Source: Octopus bimaculoides
Lineage: Eukaryota
Assembly: GCF_001194135.2 (NCBI RefSeq)
Contig: NC_068995.1
Location: 56,148,166-56,212,165, forward strand
Direction of reading: 5' to 3'
DNA length: 64,000 bases
The position numbers were made by a program, and so were the translations under genes. Under the pieces are notes generated by a model. The model made no database searches. It was not told the DNA's origin and saw nothing but the letters and a program-made list of their open reading frames with translations. Shown piece after piece: positions 51,547 through 64,000 of this stretch (positions within the stretch are counted from its first letter, which is position 1; each line of letters starts with the position of its first letter).

Positions 51547-53347
51547 ATATATACATAAATTTAGATACATACATACATACACACACACATATACATATGC
51601 ACACACACAACAGGCTTTTGCACAGTTTCCATCTGTTAATTTCGACTCACAAGATATTGGTCATCTCAAGGCTATAGCAGAAGACATTTGGCAAAGGTGC
51701 CATATGGTGTGCTCAGATCCCAAAACATATGATTAAGAAATTCACTTCTTGATCATTTTTCACCACCCAGCTATGCTCGCACCCACAATGTGTAGAAAGA
51801 CACAAGATTCAGTTGGTTCAATAAGGTAAACTTTGCAGAAGAATGTATCAAGTCAAATGTCTGCTTAAAAGAGAGCTAAAAATATTCACACCAGACTCTT
51901 ACTTAGCAGACTGTCTTTAGCAGGAAGGAAAATGGTGTACGGACGTAAATTCAGGAAAAAAAAAAAGAAGTGAAAAGCCTTGAATTGGAACTGGCTTAGT
52001 GCCAATAAATGACAGCTTCCTGGCAATTACCGTATCAAGAACCACACCATCACAGTGTTGGTTGCTGTCTCAGCCTTGTCTTGATACTGGTTGCGGATAT
52101 CTTTGTATGAGAGTGAAGCTAAATTTATTAACAGTTAGCTCTTCCTCGTTTAAATCCAATTAAATCCAGTGTCAAATATGACATATTCACAATCAGATTG
52201 ATGGAACACATGTAAGCACATAAACACATTCATATACACTTTGGTGGGAGGCAAAAGAAAAAAATAAGGTAAGAATAATATTGATATAAACATAATTCAA
52301 ATTTTAATAGAATTTTGCTAAGAAAGATGCAAAATATATTAGAAAGAAAAAGAAAATTAAGAAGGTCACCTCTTAAATAAATTTTTTCATTTTTTGCTAG
52401 ATTTATTTCAGAAGTCTTCTCTGTGCTAAACCAGCAATAGGGAACAAAACTTATAAAATACTTGTCCATATTTCCATTAGTTGGTACCTTTCTAGCAACT
52501 GTATTCTTTAACAATTCTGGTTTAATAAGGAATTACTAATGTATTTCTGTGGAAGCTGTCACTGTTGCAATCACTGTTTCTGCTTCTTTTGACTCCAACT
52601 CAAACTGGAAACTGTTTTTAATCAAATAATGATACAGGTAGGCATTCTGTCTAGTTACTCTTTATTTAAGTATGTAGCTACCATTCTTTCAAGTGTAGGT
52701 TAATAAAATTAGTGTAATAAGCAAAAAAAAAAAAAAAATGATATTATCAATTAATTGAAAGGAAGGGAAGAAAAGTCTTTAGTGCTAATGACAATTTTTG
52801 TCAAAGCAAGGGACAGAACATTGAAGTTTAAATTGATTAAAAATTAAATGGAGACAGAGTGAAGAGTGGGTTTGATTAATGCTAAGTATTATAGATATGT
52901 TTCAACCTTATTAGACTTCCACAGCAACTACGTATTGATTAGCAAGTATTTATCAGATCATAGAATAAATGAGATGACATAATTTCTTTTTTCTTAAGAA
53001 TTCCTTACTAAATTTGAATCAGAAAAATTTTCAGATTTCAGAAAAACAAAAAAATTGCTTGTGTGTGACAAATAATTACATCATTTCTTATAACTTAAGT
53101 CTATATCTCTGTTAAATTAATTACATACATGTGTTAAAAAAAAAAATTATTTCAACCAGCCGCCACCCCAAATATTTTACCTCTGAGAATAGTCATGTCT
53201 GTCTTTGAGTGTCATGCTTATTCTTAGACTTATTCCTCTGGCACTTGTATAGCGAAAATTGGCAAAATACCAAGAAATCTCATTAGATATGCAGAAAATT
53301 ATTATTTTTTTAATATTATAAAAAAAGACTTGTACAGACAAAATATC

Positions 53348-53380
<33 letters not shown>

Positions 53381-53440
53381 CTTACTCTACCACATATGTG
53401 TATAAATACAGATACGAGTGTGTATATATATACATGTATT

Positions 53441-53480
<40 letters not shown>

Positions 53481-54057
53481 ATAAAATATTTATATGAATG
53501 CGCGTGTATATAAAAATTTATAGGTCTATGAGTATGTGTGTGTTTATAATATATTTATTTATATATATATATATATATAACTGAATACAGACATTAAATG
53601 ACAATGACGATGATCATATATACACACACACACACACACATTCCTTCTCTCTCACATGCACACGTATACACAAATACCACATGTGCTTGCATGTATTATG
53701 GCTTGCACATACACTCACTAATGGCAGAGTATAATGATATAGAATCATTTGACAGAAAACCTTTTCTGCTTGGTGCCCTAAAATTAATCAGTAAATACAT
53801 TTTCCAAGACAACTAATTGCTGTGCCGTGCTGCATCTTACCAATGGCAGTATGTAGCTTTTCCGAATGTAAACAAGTTCAACTTGAGTCATTCTTCACAG
53901 CCCATTCAATTTATCTGTCACTGTTGGGATTCTGATTGAGAAATTGATGGCGTAGATTATTTGGGAATGGTGAGGATTATCGTAGAAATTGGTTTTAACA
54001 TGTTAGAATTAATGAACATGTGCTTGAAAAATTATGTCTCCCAAGCTTAACTGTGTC

Positions 54058-54118
54058 GATATTAATGATATCTGGTGATATTAATGATATTAATGATATT
54101 AATGATATTAATGATATC
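54058..54118. repeat. (GATATTAAT)n 9-bp tandem repeat
   Basis: Direct reading; lies immediately 5' of a SINE B copy. Confidence 0.8.
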
Positions 54119-54121
54119 ATA

Positions 54122-54458
54122 GGTGCAGGCATGGGTGTATGGTAAGATGCATGCTTCATAACTACTTGGTTTCCGGTTCAGTCCCACTGCATGGCACTTT
54201 AGGTAAGTGTCCTCTACTATAACTCTAAGCTGACCAAAGCCTTGTGAGTAGATTTGATAGACAGAAACTGAAAGAAATCCATCGCAACTGGTTTTGGTTT
54301 GTTTATGTCCCATAACCTAGCAGTTCAGCAAAAGAGATCAATAGAATAAGTACTAGGCTTAAAGAGGAATACCAGGGTCAATATGTTTGAGTAAGCCCTT
54401 CAAGGCAGTGCTCCAGCGGGGCCACAGTCCAATGACCAAAACAAGTAAAAGATAGAAA
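54122..54458 (+). mobile_element. SINE family B (near full length, lacks internal microsatellite)
   Basis: ggtgcaggcatgggtgtatggtaag...ggttcagtcccactgcatggcac...gcagttcagcaaaagag...aacaagtaaaagata. Confidence 0.8.
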
Positions 54459-56221
54459 TATTTTGCTGTGGATATTTTAATTTTGTTTGGTTGGTTGGTT
54501 GGTTATAGTTGTAGTTTTAATCCCAAATCATGCCTGAAGAAACAGATTTTGGTTCAAACATGCTTTCAGTACGAGTACCCTCTGTCTTTTTTTTTTTGTC
54601 TTTTTGAGTAATTAACGAAGACTCTCCCTCGCTCTATAACACTCTCTCCATGCTTCTTCCTTTTACATTTTCCTTTCCATTCCTTTCCGCAGACTCACAA
54701 AATGGCAAACTGGCCGAATCATTGAACATGTTGGATAAAATGCTTAGAAGTATTTCTCCCAGCTCTTTACAGTCTGGTTTCAAACCCTGCCAAAGTCTCC
54801 TTTGCCTTTTATCATTTTGGGGTCAAGTATTGATGTCAATATAATCTCAGAAGTCCTGAAACGAGTCAAAGGGGCCGCTCTTTCTCAGCTGATTTGGTGA
54901 CTCCACCATTCTCCTAATAAATATCCTCTCTCTAGTTTTTAAAAATTTAATAAGTAAAATAAATGATTGAAAATTATTAAGTTTGAAACACTTTTCTGAT
55001 GAAAGGTTTATAACAAATGATTCGATGATTATAAATTTATTTTGTTTTGGCTCTTTAAGTTCTGGTTTCAAATCCAACCAAACTCAACTTTGCTTTTCAT
55101 CCTTCCAAAGTTAATAAAATATATAACAGTATTGTAATGGAATTGCTTTACTTTAATTGATTAACTCTTCCCCAAATTTTTGGCCTGGTTCCTAGATAAG
55201 AAATTTAGAAGCTTGCTTATTAAAGCTAATAAATAAATAAAAAAAGACCCCCACAAAATGTAGAATAAAAGCCAAGTCAATGAATCAACTAATACCACCA
55301 ATACCCAACCAAATGTCTAGATCACATGACCTATGTCATTTAAGTTCACATTGAAACATTTAACAGATCATGTTTCGTTATGTTTCTCTTCAGTTGTTGC
55401 TAGTCCAGTCTCCCAGCTACCCCAGTCCCTCAGTTTCCTGCCGGTCAATCTTGGTCACCGCAGACAACCTTCGCCATTTCAATGCTGCAAACTATCACAT
55501 TTCTGACACATGAAATCAAATGATAACATCACATCATCAGAGAAAATTATGTAGTTAAGAAATTACAATTAATCAAAAGATGGTAAAGAATTAATAGCCT
55601 AAAAGTCAGGAACTATATTTTGTTCTTGGAATATAACTGTACTAGTTTGCAGGTATAATTAATGTTCAATGCCAGAAGGAAAATTTGGTGAAAATTCTAC
55701 AATATTAGATATTGTAAAAGCAAATTATTGATAATTTATGAGGGTTAGTGGCTTCTTCACCAAACAGTGCACATCTAATCTTAATTTAACAGATAAACGT
55801 ATAGAGATGTATTTACCTACACTGACTAATATTAACGCTGATATCTATAGACACATAATTCATTTCATATATCATTTGATTAATGTCTCGTATACATATG
55901 TGTGTGTGCGTATATGCACGTCTGTGTGTGTGTGTGTGAATACAAACAACCATTGACAACAAAATTTACTTTTTTCCCTAAATCTATCTACTTATCCATC
56001 TGTTAATCCATCAAAATTTGTAAACGTTGAAGTACACACACACACGCATTTCATATTTGTTGATTTTAAGCAATCAAAGAAAGAAGTACTCAATATCAAA
56101 GTAGAAAGCAGTAGTTTATTTTGGCTGATGCAGTAGACAGTTACTCTGGAGTTTCCTTGATGCACACATATAATAAACACAGTAACACATAAAAATATAT
56201 GGGCCTTAAATTATACAAAAA

Positions 56222-57234
56222 GGAAATGATGGATTATCTTTATTATGAAATGTGAATGAGTATAATGTAGATTCAGAAAAGGTATTCAAATGTTCAGTGA
56301 AATAGAGTTGTAAGTTACGACTGAGAGCAACTTAGCAGAAGTAAGTTTTCTAGACATAATAATAGATTTGAATTCTTCCAAATTTTCCCTTTATCATAAA
56401 TCTTATAAAAGGTTCTAATCATCCATCAAATATTTTCCATAACTTAGTCTCCAATCTTGATACGAGGATATCATCACAACTGGAGATTAAGATACTTTTG
56501 CAAAACCTTCACATTTCTATAATGAATCATTTAGTAGTAGTTGTAGATTTTCAGAGAGAATAGAATACATACCCATGTCTGTAGCTCCCAAAAGAAGAAC
56601 AAGGTATAGAAAAATCCTGTGGTATAATCTAATTTTTAGCTTGAATGTTAGTACAAATATAACCAAGGAGTTTCTTGAATTAATTTTACTTTATGAGATC
56701 TTTAACAGAAATCCTATAAAAATTTTTTTTTTTTACTCTTGTTGCAAGAATTTCAGCAGCTCTTTTAATTTGAAAGCACATGTCAAATAGTAGTAATACA
56801 AAAACTGAGAGCAGGTGTAATTTCAGAAAATTTAGAAACTGCTTGCTTAATATAAAACTGTTTTGTTAAGTTCTTGATGTACTGTGCCAAAGTGGAATTG
56901 AATGAGAGCTTACAGCTGAAATTTTACATTGGATCAACAGAAAATGAATATAAAATAAAATTTTATGCATATAAGCATTCATTGGTTAACCCAAACAGGA
57001 AATTTAGGTGACTAAGTTATAATAGTGATAGTACTTTCAGTATGAAATGGCCTATCCTTGGTTTTGCACCTGCATACAAGTATGGTAATGGTAGAAAGAA
57101 ACTGAAATGTGATCTTTGCTTAGCAGAAAAGATATTAACTTTGCAGTGCAATAAATAACAATTTTCATTCATGAAATGACATCCTGGATACTTGTTTACA
57201 TAAATCAAATAAGTTACTTTGCAATTTTCCTAAC
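56222..57234 (+). pseudogene. Penelope-like element (PLE) remnant: RT C-terminal half, linker and GIY-YIG endonuclease, with frameshifts and stops
   Basis: Translations NDGLSLL; NLAEVSFLDIIIDL; GSNHPSNIF; KRRTRYRKILWYN..FSLNVSTNITKEFLEL; RCNFRK..NCLL; MYCAKV...FYIGSTENEYK (GIY-YIG, 56877-56933); MKWPILGFAPAY..G.KK.KCDLCLAEK; NDILDTCLHK. These match the conserved PLE motif order. Confidence 0.85.
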
Positions 57235-57979
57235 ACTGCTTCTCCACAGAAATATTCACAAGTTTCTGACAACTTTCATTTTTGTTTAGCCATTTTCTCC
57301 CATTTGTTTCTTTGGCGTCATGATACAGGCTGCTTTTTATCACCTTACATCATCTACATCATCATCACTTAACATTTATGTTCTCTGCTCATACAGGTCG
57401 GATTGTTTGACAGGGTTTGATGGGTCTAGGGATTGCATCGTGCTCCAGTTTCTGGTTTATTAATGATTTCTACAGCTGGATGCCTTTCCTAACACCAACC
57501 ACTTTACAACATTTACAGATCTGTTTCAGGTTTGTGTTTGTTGGAGAAGAGAGCAACACACAAGGCTGCAGATGATGAGGCTGTGAATGGTGATGGAAGT
57601 CAATGCTTGTTTATTCACAATTTTTTCTTTGGTTTTGTGCCAAAAAAAAAAATTCTAAATGTCCGATGCAAGCTTTGAGCAGCTCATCACCATTTTTCTA
57701 TCCTGGTGTTGGATAAATGGTTTAACGAAGCAGAGGGAAAGAAAGTATTCATACGACACACTACGACTGCTGTTACACAAGATTAAACACTCTCTGCCAA
57801 TGGCTTGCAGTGAACTGCTTGCTCCATTGCTCAGAGTATTTTATCTTATAACAATATGTCAGTCCACCTTAAGTCACTTGGGGGTGGTCGGAATCCTTCC
57901 ACAACAATATATATTAAATAAATATATATATATATATACATATATATGCACACACACACACACACACACATACAATCAT

Positions 57980-58390
57980 CAACATCATCATCATTTAACG
58001 TCCATTGTCCATGCTGGCATGGGTTGGACAATTTGACTGGACTGGCAAGCTGCGCCAGGCTCCAGTCTCATTTAGCATGGCTTTCTATGGCTGGATTCCC
58101 TTCATAATGCCAACCACTCCAAGAGTGTAAGGTGCGTATTTACATGCCGCCGGCGCTGGTGCCATTTGCATAGCACCGATATATGCCATGACCGCGATTT
58201 TGCTTGGCTTGATGAGTCTTCTTCTCAAGCATGACATAATGCCAAAGGTCATGGTCATTGCTTCCATAAGGCCCAACACTCGAAAGGAACTTGGCCACCT
58301 TGACCTCATGGGACCCAATGCTCGAAAGGAACTTAGCTACCTTGCCTCTGTGAGGCCCCAACACTCAAAAGGAACTCAGCCACTTACCTC
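57980..58390 (-). mobile_element. Family C (RTE) 3' region with internal ~42-bp tandem triplication
   Basis: (CAT)n tttaacgtcc...catgctggcatgggttggac; three units of cccaacactcgaaaggaact...ccac at ~58271-58390. Confidence 0.75.
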
Positions 58391-58416
58391 CATATATATA
58401 AATATATACATATACA

Positions 58417-58460
<44 letters not shown>

Positions 58461-58723
58461 TATGTATACCTATATTACAAGATACATGTAGCTGTGTACT
58501 TGTTGAGTAGACTACATGGTTATAATTGAGTTTATCCCATGATCAAATCTATAGTATCTCTTGGTAGCTGGATGGTTGGTTTGTTTACACCTGCAGCTAT
58601 ACTGTTTGTAGTATTAATAGTCGTTTGCAGATATTTTGTGCTTATTTTTATATTTTGAACTACAGTTTTACATTTAAAAATATATAAGAAAAATATATAT
58701 GTGTGAGCATGTGTATATACATG

Positions 58724-58769
<46 letters not shown>

Positions 58770-58779
58770 NNNNNNNNNN

Positions 58780-58813
<34 letters not shown>

Positions 58814-58828
58814 GTATGTATTTGTGCA

Positions 58829-58879
<51 letters not shown>

Positions 58880-59002
58880 CTGCATATTTATCTAAGATGG
58901 ATAGATTTTGTCACTTTTATAACACATACAGCACAAGCAAACAAACATATATACACAAGGAAATATGCATAGAACTAAAAACTTTAAAATAAAGATATAG
59001 TA

Positions 59003-59360
59003 GGTGCAGGTATGGCTGTGTGGTCAGAAACATGCTTTGTAAGAATGTGATTTCAAGTTCAATCCCACTGCATAGCACTTTGGACAGGTATCTGCTGCTA
59101 GAGACCTGGGTTGACAAATGCCTTGTGAGTGAATATGGTAAGACAGAAACTTTGTAGAAGCCCATTGTGTGCATATATATATATATTTGTGTGTGTGTGT
59201 GTGTGTGTGTGTGGATTTGTGTTTGCTCCCCACTGCATCATTTGGCAACCTGTGTTCTTTTGTTTATATCCCCATAAATTTACAGTCCTGATAGAATAAG
59301 TTATAGATTTTAAAGAATCAAGAACCAGGGCCAATTTTTTTGACTAAACCCTTCAAGGCA
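59003..59360 (+). mobile_element. SINE family B
   Basis: ggtgcaggtatggctgtgtggtcag...gttcaatcccactgcatagcac...ccttgtgagtgaat...atagaataagt. Confidence 0.7.
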
Positions 59361-60809
59361 TTGTCTGAAAATAGAAGATTTAATAACTCTATAACACACA
59401 CGCACATAATAAACACAGTAACACATAAAAATATATGGGCCTTAAATTATACAAAAACTTAGTAGATATTCACACAAATATACACGCAGTTAGACACAGA
59501 GAGGGAGGGAGGGGAAGAGAGAGAGAGAGACAGAGAAGTGGTAAAGTCTACCTAATATGTACAGAGATATTCTTGTATAAGCATGATGGTTCAGAATTAT
59601 AACATCAAAAATAGAATACTGTGACATTCCTGCTATTTCGAAGGATATTAACAATGTAAGTGAATCAATTTTAACTAGAAATGAAAACCAGCTTCTAAAT
59701 TTGGACTGCCAGGCACTTATGATGGAATAATAGCAGTGGAATCATGGACAATCGCACAGATGCACAAAATATGAAGTACATTATAACTAAAACAAGACAG
59801 TCTGATATAAATGCTATGATAACGCTGGTATGAATAACATGAAAGCTAAAAATTGTTGGATATATTTTATGGGTGTTCTTTATTTACTGACTCATCTCTT
59901 TGCTTGTCCAAAGCCTTTTCCTAAATGTCCATGTTGGTTTTTCAGACTTTTAGTTAGTCTGAGTTTCCTACATTCTGAGTAATATAAAGTTTTCCCTTCA
60001 TAAGTCCCAAATTACTGAGGTGGTTAGAAAAAGGATGGGAATGTGGATCATATATAATGAATAGGTACCAGGAAGATATGTCCTGTGCACGACATGTGAT
60101 ATACAGGTCAGTCAGAGGGGTAGAATAAAGAATCAGTCTAAAAGTAACCATTCCTGATTAATCAGAAAAAACATTGTATGAATACATTTTAAGCATTCAT
60201 TTGAAATGATTCTAAAACTTTTGAATCCAGTGAATAGCAAGAATTGAGCAATAAAACCAAGTGACATCTAATTAATTAGAAGAAGCTCCAAACTCAAGAA
60301 TTTGATAGCCAAGTATTGGATCAATAAATGGTAACAAATTAGATGTCAGATAACCAAAGTTAAGACTCACCCAATGACCAAGCAGGATTGATGCTGCTGG
60401 ATGGTGATCTATTATTAATGATGGATTCTAGTATTAATTAATTATAAAATGTAATATAAATATTTATAATGAATATTTTAAACACAGTTGCTTTTTTGTT
60501 TTTCCTGTGACTGCTTTACATCCATTATTTCATTCTAATACAAATGGGATGGTTCATATATTCCCATACTGTGAACAAAACCTCTCTTTTACAACTTGAT
60601 ATCTTTGCAATTGATAATTAACCAAGTATCAATTGTTGTCAGACCGAATTACATGTCTTGCCTGTTGTTCCAAGACATGAACTGCAGAAAGATTTAAATA
60701 GATGACTCTGTGACTTCTACTTCAAAGGTATATAAAAATAAAAAAGCAAACTGTTTCTATGACTTGGTTAGAATATTATACAATAAAAATCTTTATCACT
60801 ATAATGTCC

Positions 60810-61290
60810 AGTTTTCCATGATTATTGAGGCAGATTTTCTATGACGGGATGCTCTTCCGGTTGCTAACCATCTATTTCCGAGCAAGGTAATATTTCCCCA
60901 TGGCCAGACATGTTTTCACAGAATTTTGGAAATGAATGACACCGCTTGTATGACAGTGACACTCATTTACAACTATCATGTGATCTCAAGATAAGGTGGC
61001 ACAAGCATACACACACATAACTTATTGGCTTCCATCATATTTCCATCTACCAAATCCACCCACAAGGCTTTCGTCAGCCCAGTGCTTATAATAAAAGACA
61101 CTTGCCTAAAGTGCTATGCTGTGGGATTGAACCATAAACCATGTAGTTGGAAAGCAAGCTTCTTAACCACACAGCCATGCCTGTGCTTACAACAAATTAA
61201 AATTCTTTTATTCTTTTATCTGTTTCAGTCATTTGACTGTGGCCATGCTGGGGCACTGCCGTAAGTTGAACAAATAGACCCAAGACTTAT
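60810..61290 (-). mobile_element. SINE family F copy followed by a SINE B tail fragment
   Basis: gaaatgaatgacaccgcttgtatgacagtgacactcatttacaac, B-type head ...cttcttaaccacacagccatgcc; then gtttcagtcatttgactgtggccatgctgggg. Confidence 0.65.
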
Positions 61291-61429
61291 GCTCATTGCC
61301 TGACTTCTGTTGGTCTGTTATGTTTTCAGTGAGATGATGGCTTATTTAAGGATTTTGACTAATTTCTAGCAAGCTGGTACTTCATGTACCCTCAATTATA
61401 ATTATAAATTAATTATAAAATTTATATAA

Positions 61430-61670
61430 GTGTGTGTGTGTGTGTGTGAGTGTGTCTGTGTGTGTGAGTGTGTGTCTTTGTGTCTGTGTTTGTCCCCTTC
61501 AGTTGCTTGACAACCAATTTTGGCGTGTTTACATCCCTGTAACTTAGCGGTTTGGCAAAAGAGACCAATAGAACAAAGAATAAGTCCTGAGGTTGCTTTC
61601 TTCGACTAAAAGGTGGTGCTCCAGCATGGCCACAGTCAAATGACTGAAACAAGTAAAAGAATAAAAGAAT
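61430..61670 (+). mobile_element. SINE family B 3' half
   Basis: (TG)n gtttgtcccc...gtaacttagcggtttggcaaaagagacc...ctccagcatggccacagtcaaatgactgaaacaagtaaaagaataaaagaat. Confidence 0.8.
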
Positions 61671-62679
61671 GAAAATAAAATACGGATTTAAAATACTGAT
61701 ATTAACGATAAGGCTGATAGATAAAACAACAATAATTATGGAGAAGGCAGCAATGATGACAATGACAATGACGATGAAGATGATGAAGATGGCATAGATG
61801 TCATTCGTCGTAGGACTGCTGACTGCAATTAATCCTCAAATTAAAATTATTTTCTTTATATAATTCCAACAGGAATACTATCTTTAATTCTTTTGTCTTG
61901 ATTTCCATTCCATACACCCACCATCTTTCCCTCACCCCACCCCGTTCTTGTTTCCCTCAAGACAAGACAATATTATAGCAGAATTTAATTAAATGCAAAA
62001 ATTCAATGTTGGTGCTAGACTTTGGTTCCTACATTCTTACGAGCGTAGCCCTAGAGCAGATTTATAACATAGCATTTATCAGTGGAAGACAGCAAAAACA
62101 CAACTTCTGCTGCAACTAGCAGACACAGAAACATTGCCATTGTAAAGATTGCTCGCTTCAAATACCAGCAGCTTGCTTATTGTACTGTTTTGTTAGTGAT
62201 AACCGTTAGCAAAATCACACCATGAACAAGATTGGCGGCAATTTAAAGATGTCCCAGAATGTCTTTATTTAGTGACATGTCAGAGTTGTTGGTTTAAGAA
62301 GAGAGAAAGTAATACTAGCAGGTGTTTAATCAAAATAAAGATTTTGGTTCTGTTTTTGCAGCTAATGCGTCTATATCTCATAGAAGAGACAAACAAGATA
62401 TTTCCTTGTTTTCTTTGCCACAGTTGCTTATTACTGAAATAGTAACACGGAACAATACCAGATCGTAGAAAGGATAGTTGCAAAGAAAATAATGGAAGCA
62501 AACTTTGAAATTAATCGTTATTAAATGGTAGTGACGGATCTACTTCGCTGCCAATTTCATTATAAAACCGAGACAATTGCTTTGTGAAGAAGGAATTCAT
62601 GTGTTCAATTTAGACTTGAGTCATTCCTGGTTTTCCGTCATTAACAACAATGAATGTTCCAGTTGACATGACCAATGGA

Positions 62680-62860
62680 ACAACCTGCTCATGAAACTAA
62701 TGTGCAAGTGGCTGAGTACTCCCCAGACACAGGTATTTTTTCCAGTTGAGTGAACTGGAGGAATGAAAAAGAAAGTGTCTTGCTCAAGGACACATAGTGC
62801 CACTGGGAATCAAACTCACAACCTTGTGACCATGAGTTAAATACTCCTAACCACATCAGT
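62680..62860 (-). mobile_element. SINE family E fragment
   Basis: ccagttgagtgaactggag...aaagtgtcttgctcaaggacac...gggaatcaaactcacaacc...cctaaccac. Confidence 0.65.
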
Positions 62861-63057
62861 TTTGTCTTAAAAGTAGTCAGTTCACCAAACAACAGAAATT
62901 GCTTTCATATTTCTTGTTTACAAAGCATTAAGGAAGAGATATTTACCAAGATGAACAAAGGTTGTCGTACTTAGAGTAGAATATGAGAGTATTAACCAAA
63001 ATACAACTTAAACCAAAACATGTTAAACATGCTTCCATGTATCAATGTATCTATCTA

Positions 63058-63097
<40 letters not shown>

Positions 63098-63679
63098 TAT
63101 GGAAAATTGAAGCAGAACAGCAATAGAAGACATTCCTCTATTTGTGATCAACAATCACTACATCACTACCACCAGCACAAAAATACACTTCAGTGAATTC
63201 ATTTAAGAAAAAAACCAGCCCAGCACTTTCTAAAAAAAGATGCTATGTTTCCAAAACCAATTTTGTGTTTGTTTATTTGATGCTATGTATACTGTAAAAG
63301 GTGAAAACTTCTTATACCGCAAGAACTTTTTCAGTCATATAATAACAGACTATTTCCATTTTAAATCTCATGATAACAAATGCTTCTTCTCTATATAATC
63401 TTCCCATTACAAGCATTATTCTAGAAAAAAAATTATTTCTAATTTCTTGTTTTAATCCATTAGACTTTCCTGATGGTAAAAAAAAAAGACATAAATAGAT
63501 AAGTATATAAAAAAACACAAAGGGCCATAACCCACAATACCTTTACAAGACTGATTCTGTTGGTTATAGCAGACAATATCTATTCACCAGAAAAGAGCCA
63601 TTATTCTGATTTTATGCATACCATTTTATAATTATCGTGTTTTCAATGTATACACATACAATGTGTGAATGTGTGTGTA

Positions 63680-63739
<60 letters not shown>

Positions 63740-64000
63740 TACATGCATATATGTGTATATATACATACACACACATATATTTGCATATATATATATATAT
63801 ATACCCCACATACACAAGTATATATGTATGCACACAGAATGCGCATGTACTCCTAGACACACACACATTAATAAAAGTGAAAGAGTAGTTTTGTTTGTGC
63901 ATGACTCTTTTAACCTCCTCAATATGAAGAACAAAATGCATTTTCCCCCCTGCTTCAATAAATTATGCAATAAAATCACAGCAGCAGCAGCAACAGCAAC

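Larger units (their letters stand above)
56170..59457 (+). repeat. 52-bp perfect direct repeat (56170-56221 and 59406-59457)
   Basis: ataataaacacagtaacacataaaaatatatgggccttaaattatacaaaaa is present twice, 3236 bp apart. Confidence 0.85.

Noticed and set aside
52536-53891. Phase-compatible minus-strand three-exon chain (53841-53891, 53181-53278, 52536-52611) encoding 74 aa, MTQVELVYIRKSYILPL...FQFELESKEAETVIATVTASTEIH
   Set aside because: Two of the acceptors lack polypyrimidine tracts and the peptide is unrecognisable, so chance is likely without RNA evidence.
55480-55545. Minus-strand CTGATGA...GAAA
   Set aside because: Helices I and III cannot be formed and there is no NUH in register.
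63312-63470. Minus-strand acceptor plus 52-codon ORF (GKSNGLKQEIRNN...VLAV*)
   Set aside because: AT-rich, unrecognisable and with no partner exons; could be chance.

Overview
AT-rich, repeat-saturated eukaryotic genomic scaffold with many N-gaps and dense (TA)n/(CA)n/(TAGA)n/(CAT)n microsatellites. Repeat style and gap structure suggest a cephalopod, probably Octopus (inference from recall, not a database result). No intact host protein-coding gene can be supported; nearly all listed ORFs are microsatellite or gap artefacts. Recognisable content: several tRNA-derived SINE families; RTE-clade LINE 3' ends with (GAT)n tails; an R4/Dong-like restriction-endonuclease retrotransposon 3' end; a Tc1/mariner transposase fragment; a ~1 kb decayed Penelope-like element (PLE; RT thumb, linker, GIY-YIG); a Helentron-type non-autonomous element; and several MITE/foldback elements. 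Main finding: three sequence-unrelated short cassettes (about 200-350 bp), each embedded in (TA)n microsatellite, each carry a minimal type I hammerhead ribozyme with the palindromic stem III typical of PLE/retrozyme hammerheads (4414-4455 +, 10908-10972 -, 43086-43161 +). A fourth degenerate candidate lies near 30.65 kb. The first hammerhead has an overlapping 15/16-bp hairpin that would mask its catalytic core. A perfect RFX X-box followed by ATG|GTAAGT at 33.75-33.86 kb hints at a first exon of a possibly ciliary gene.
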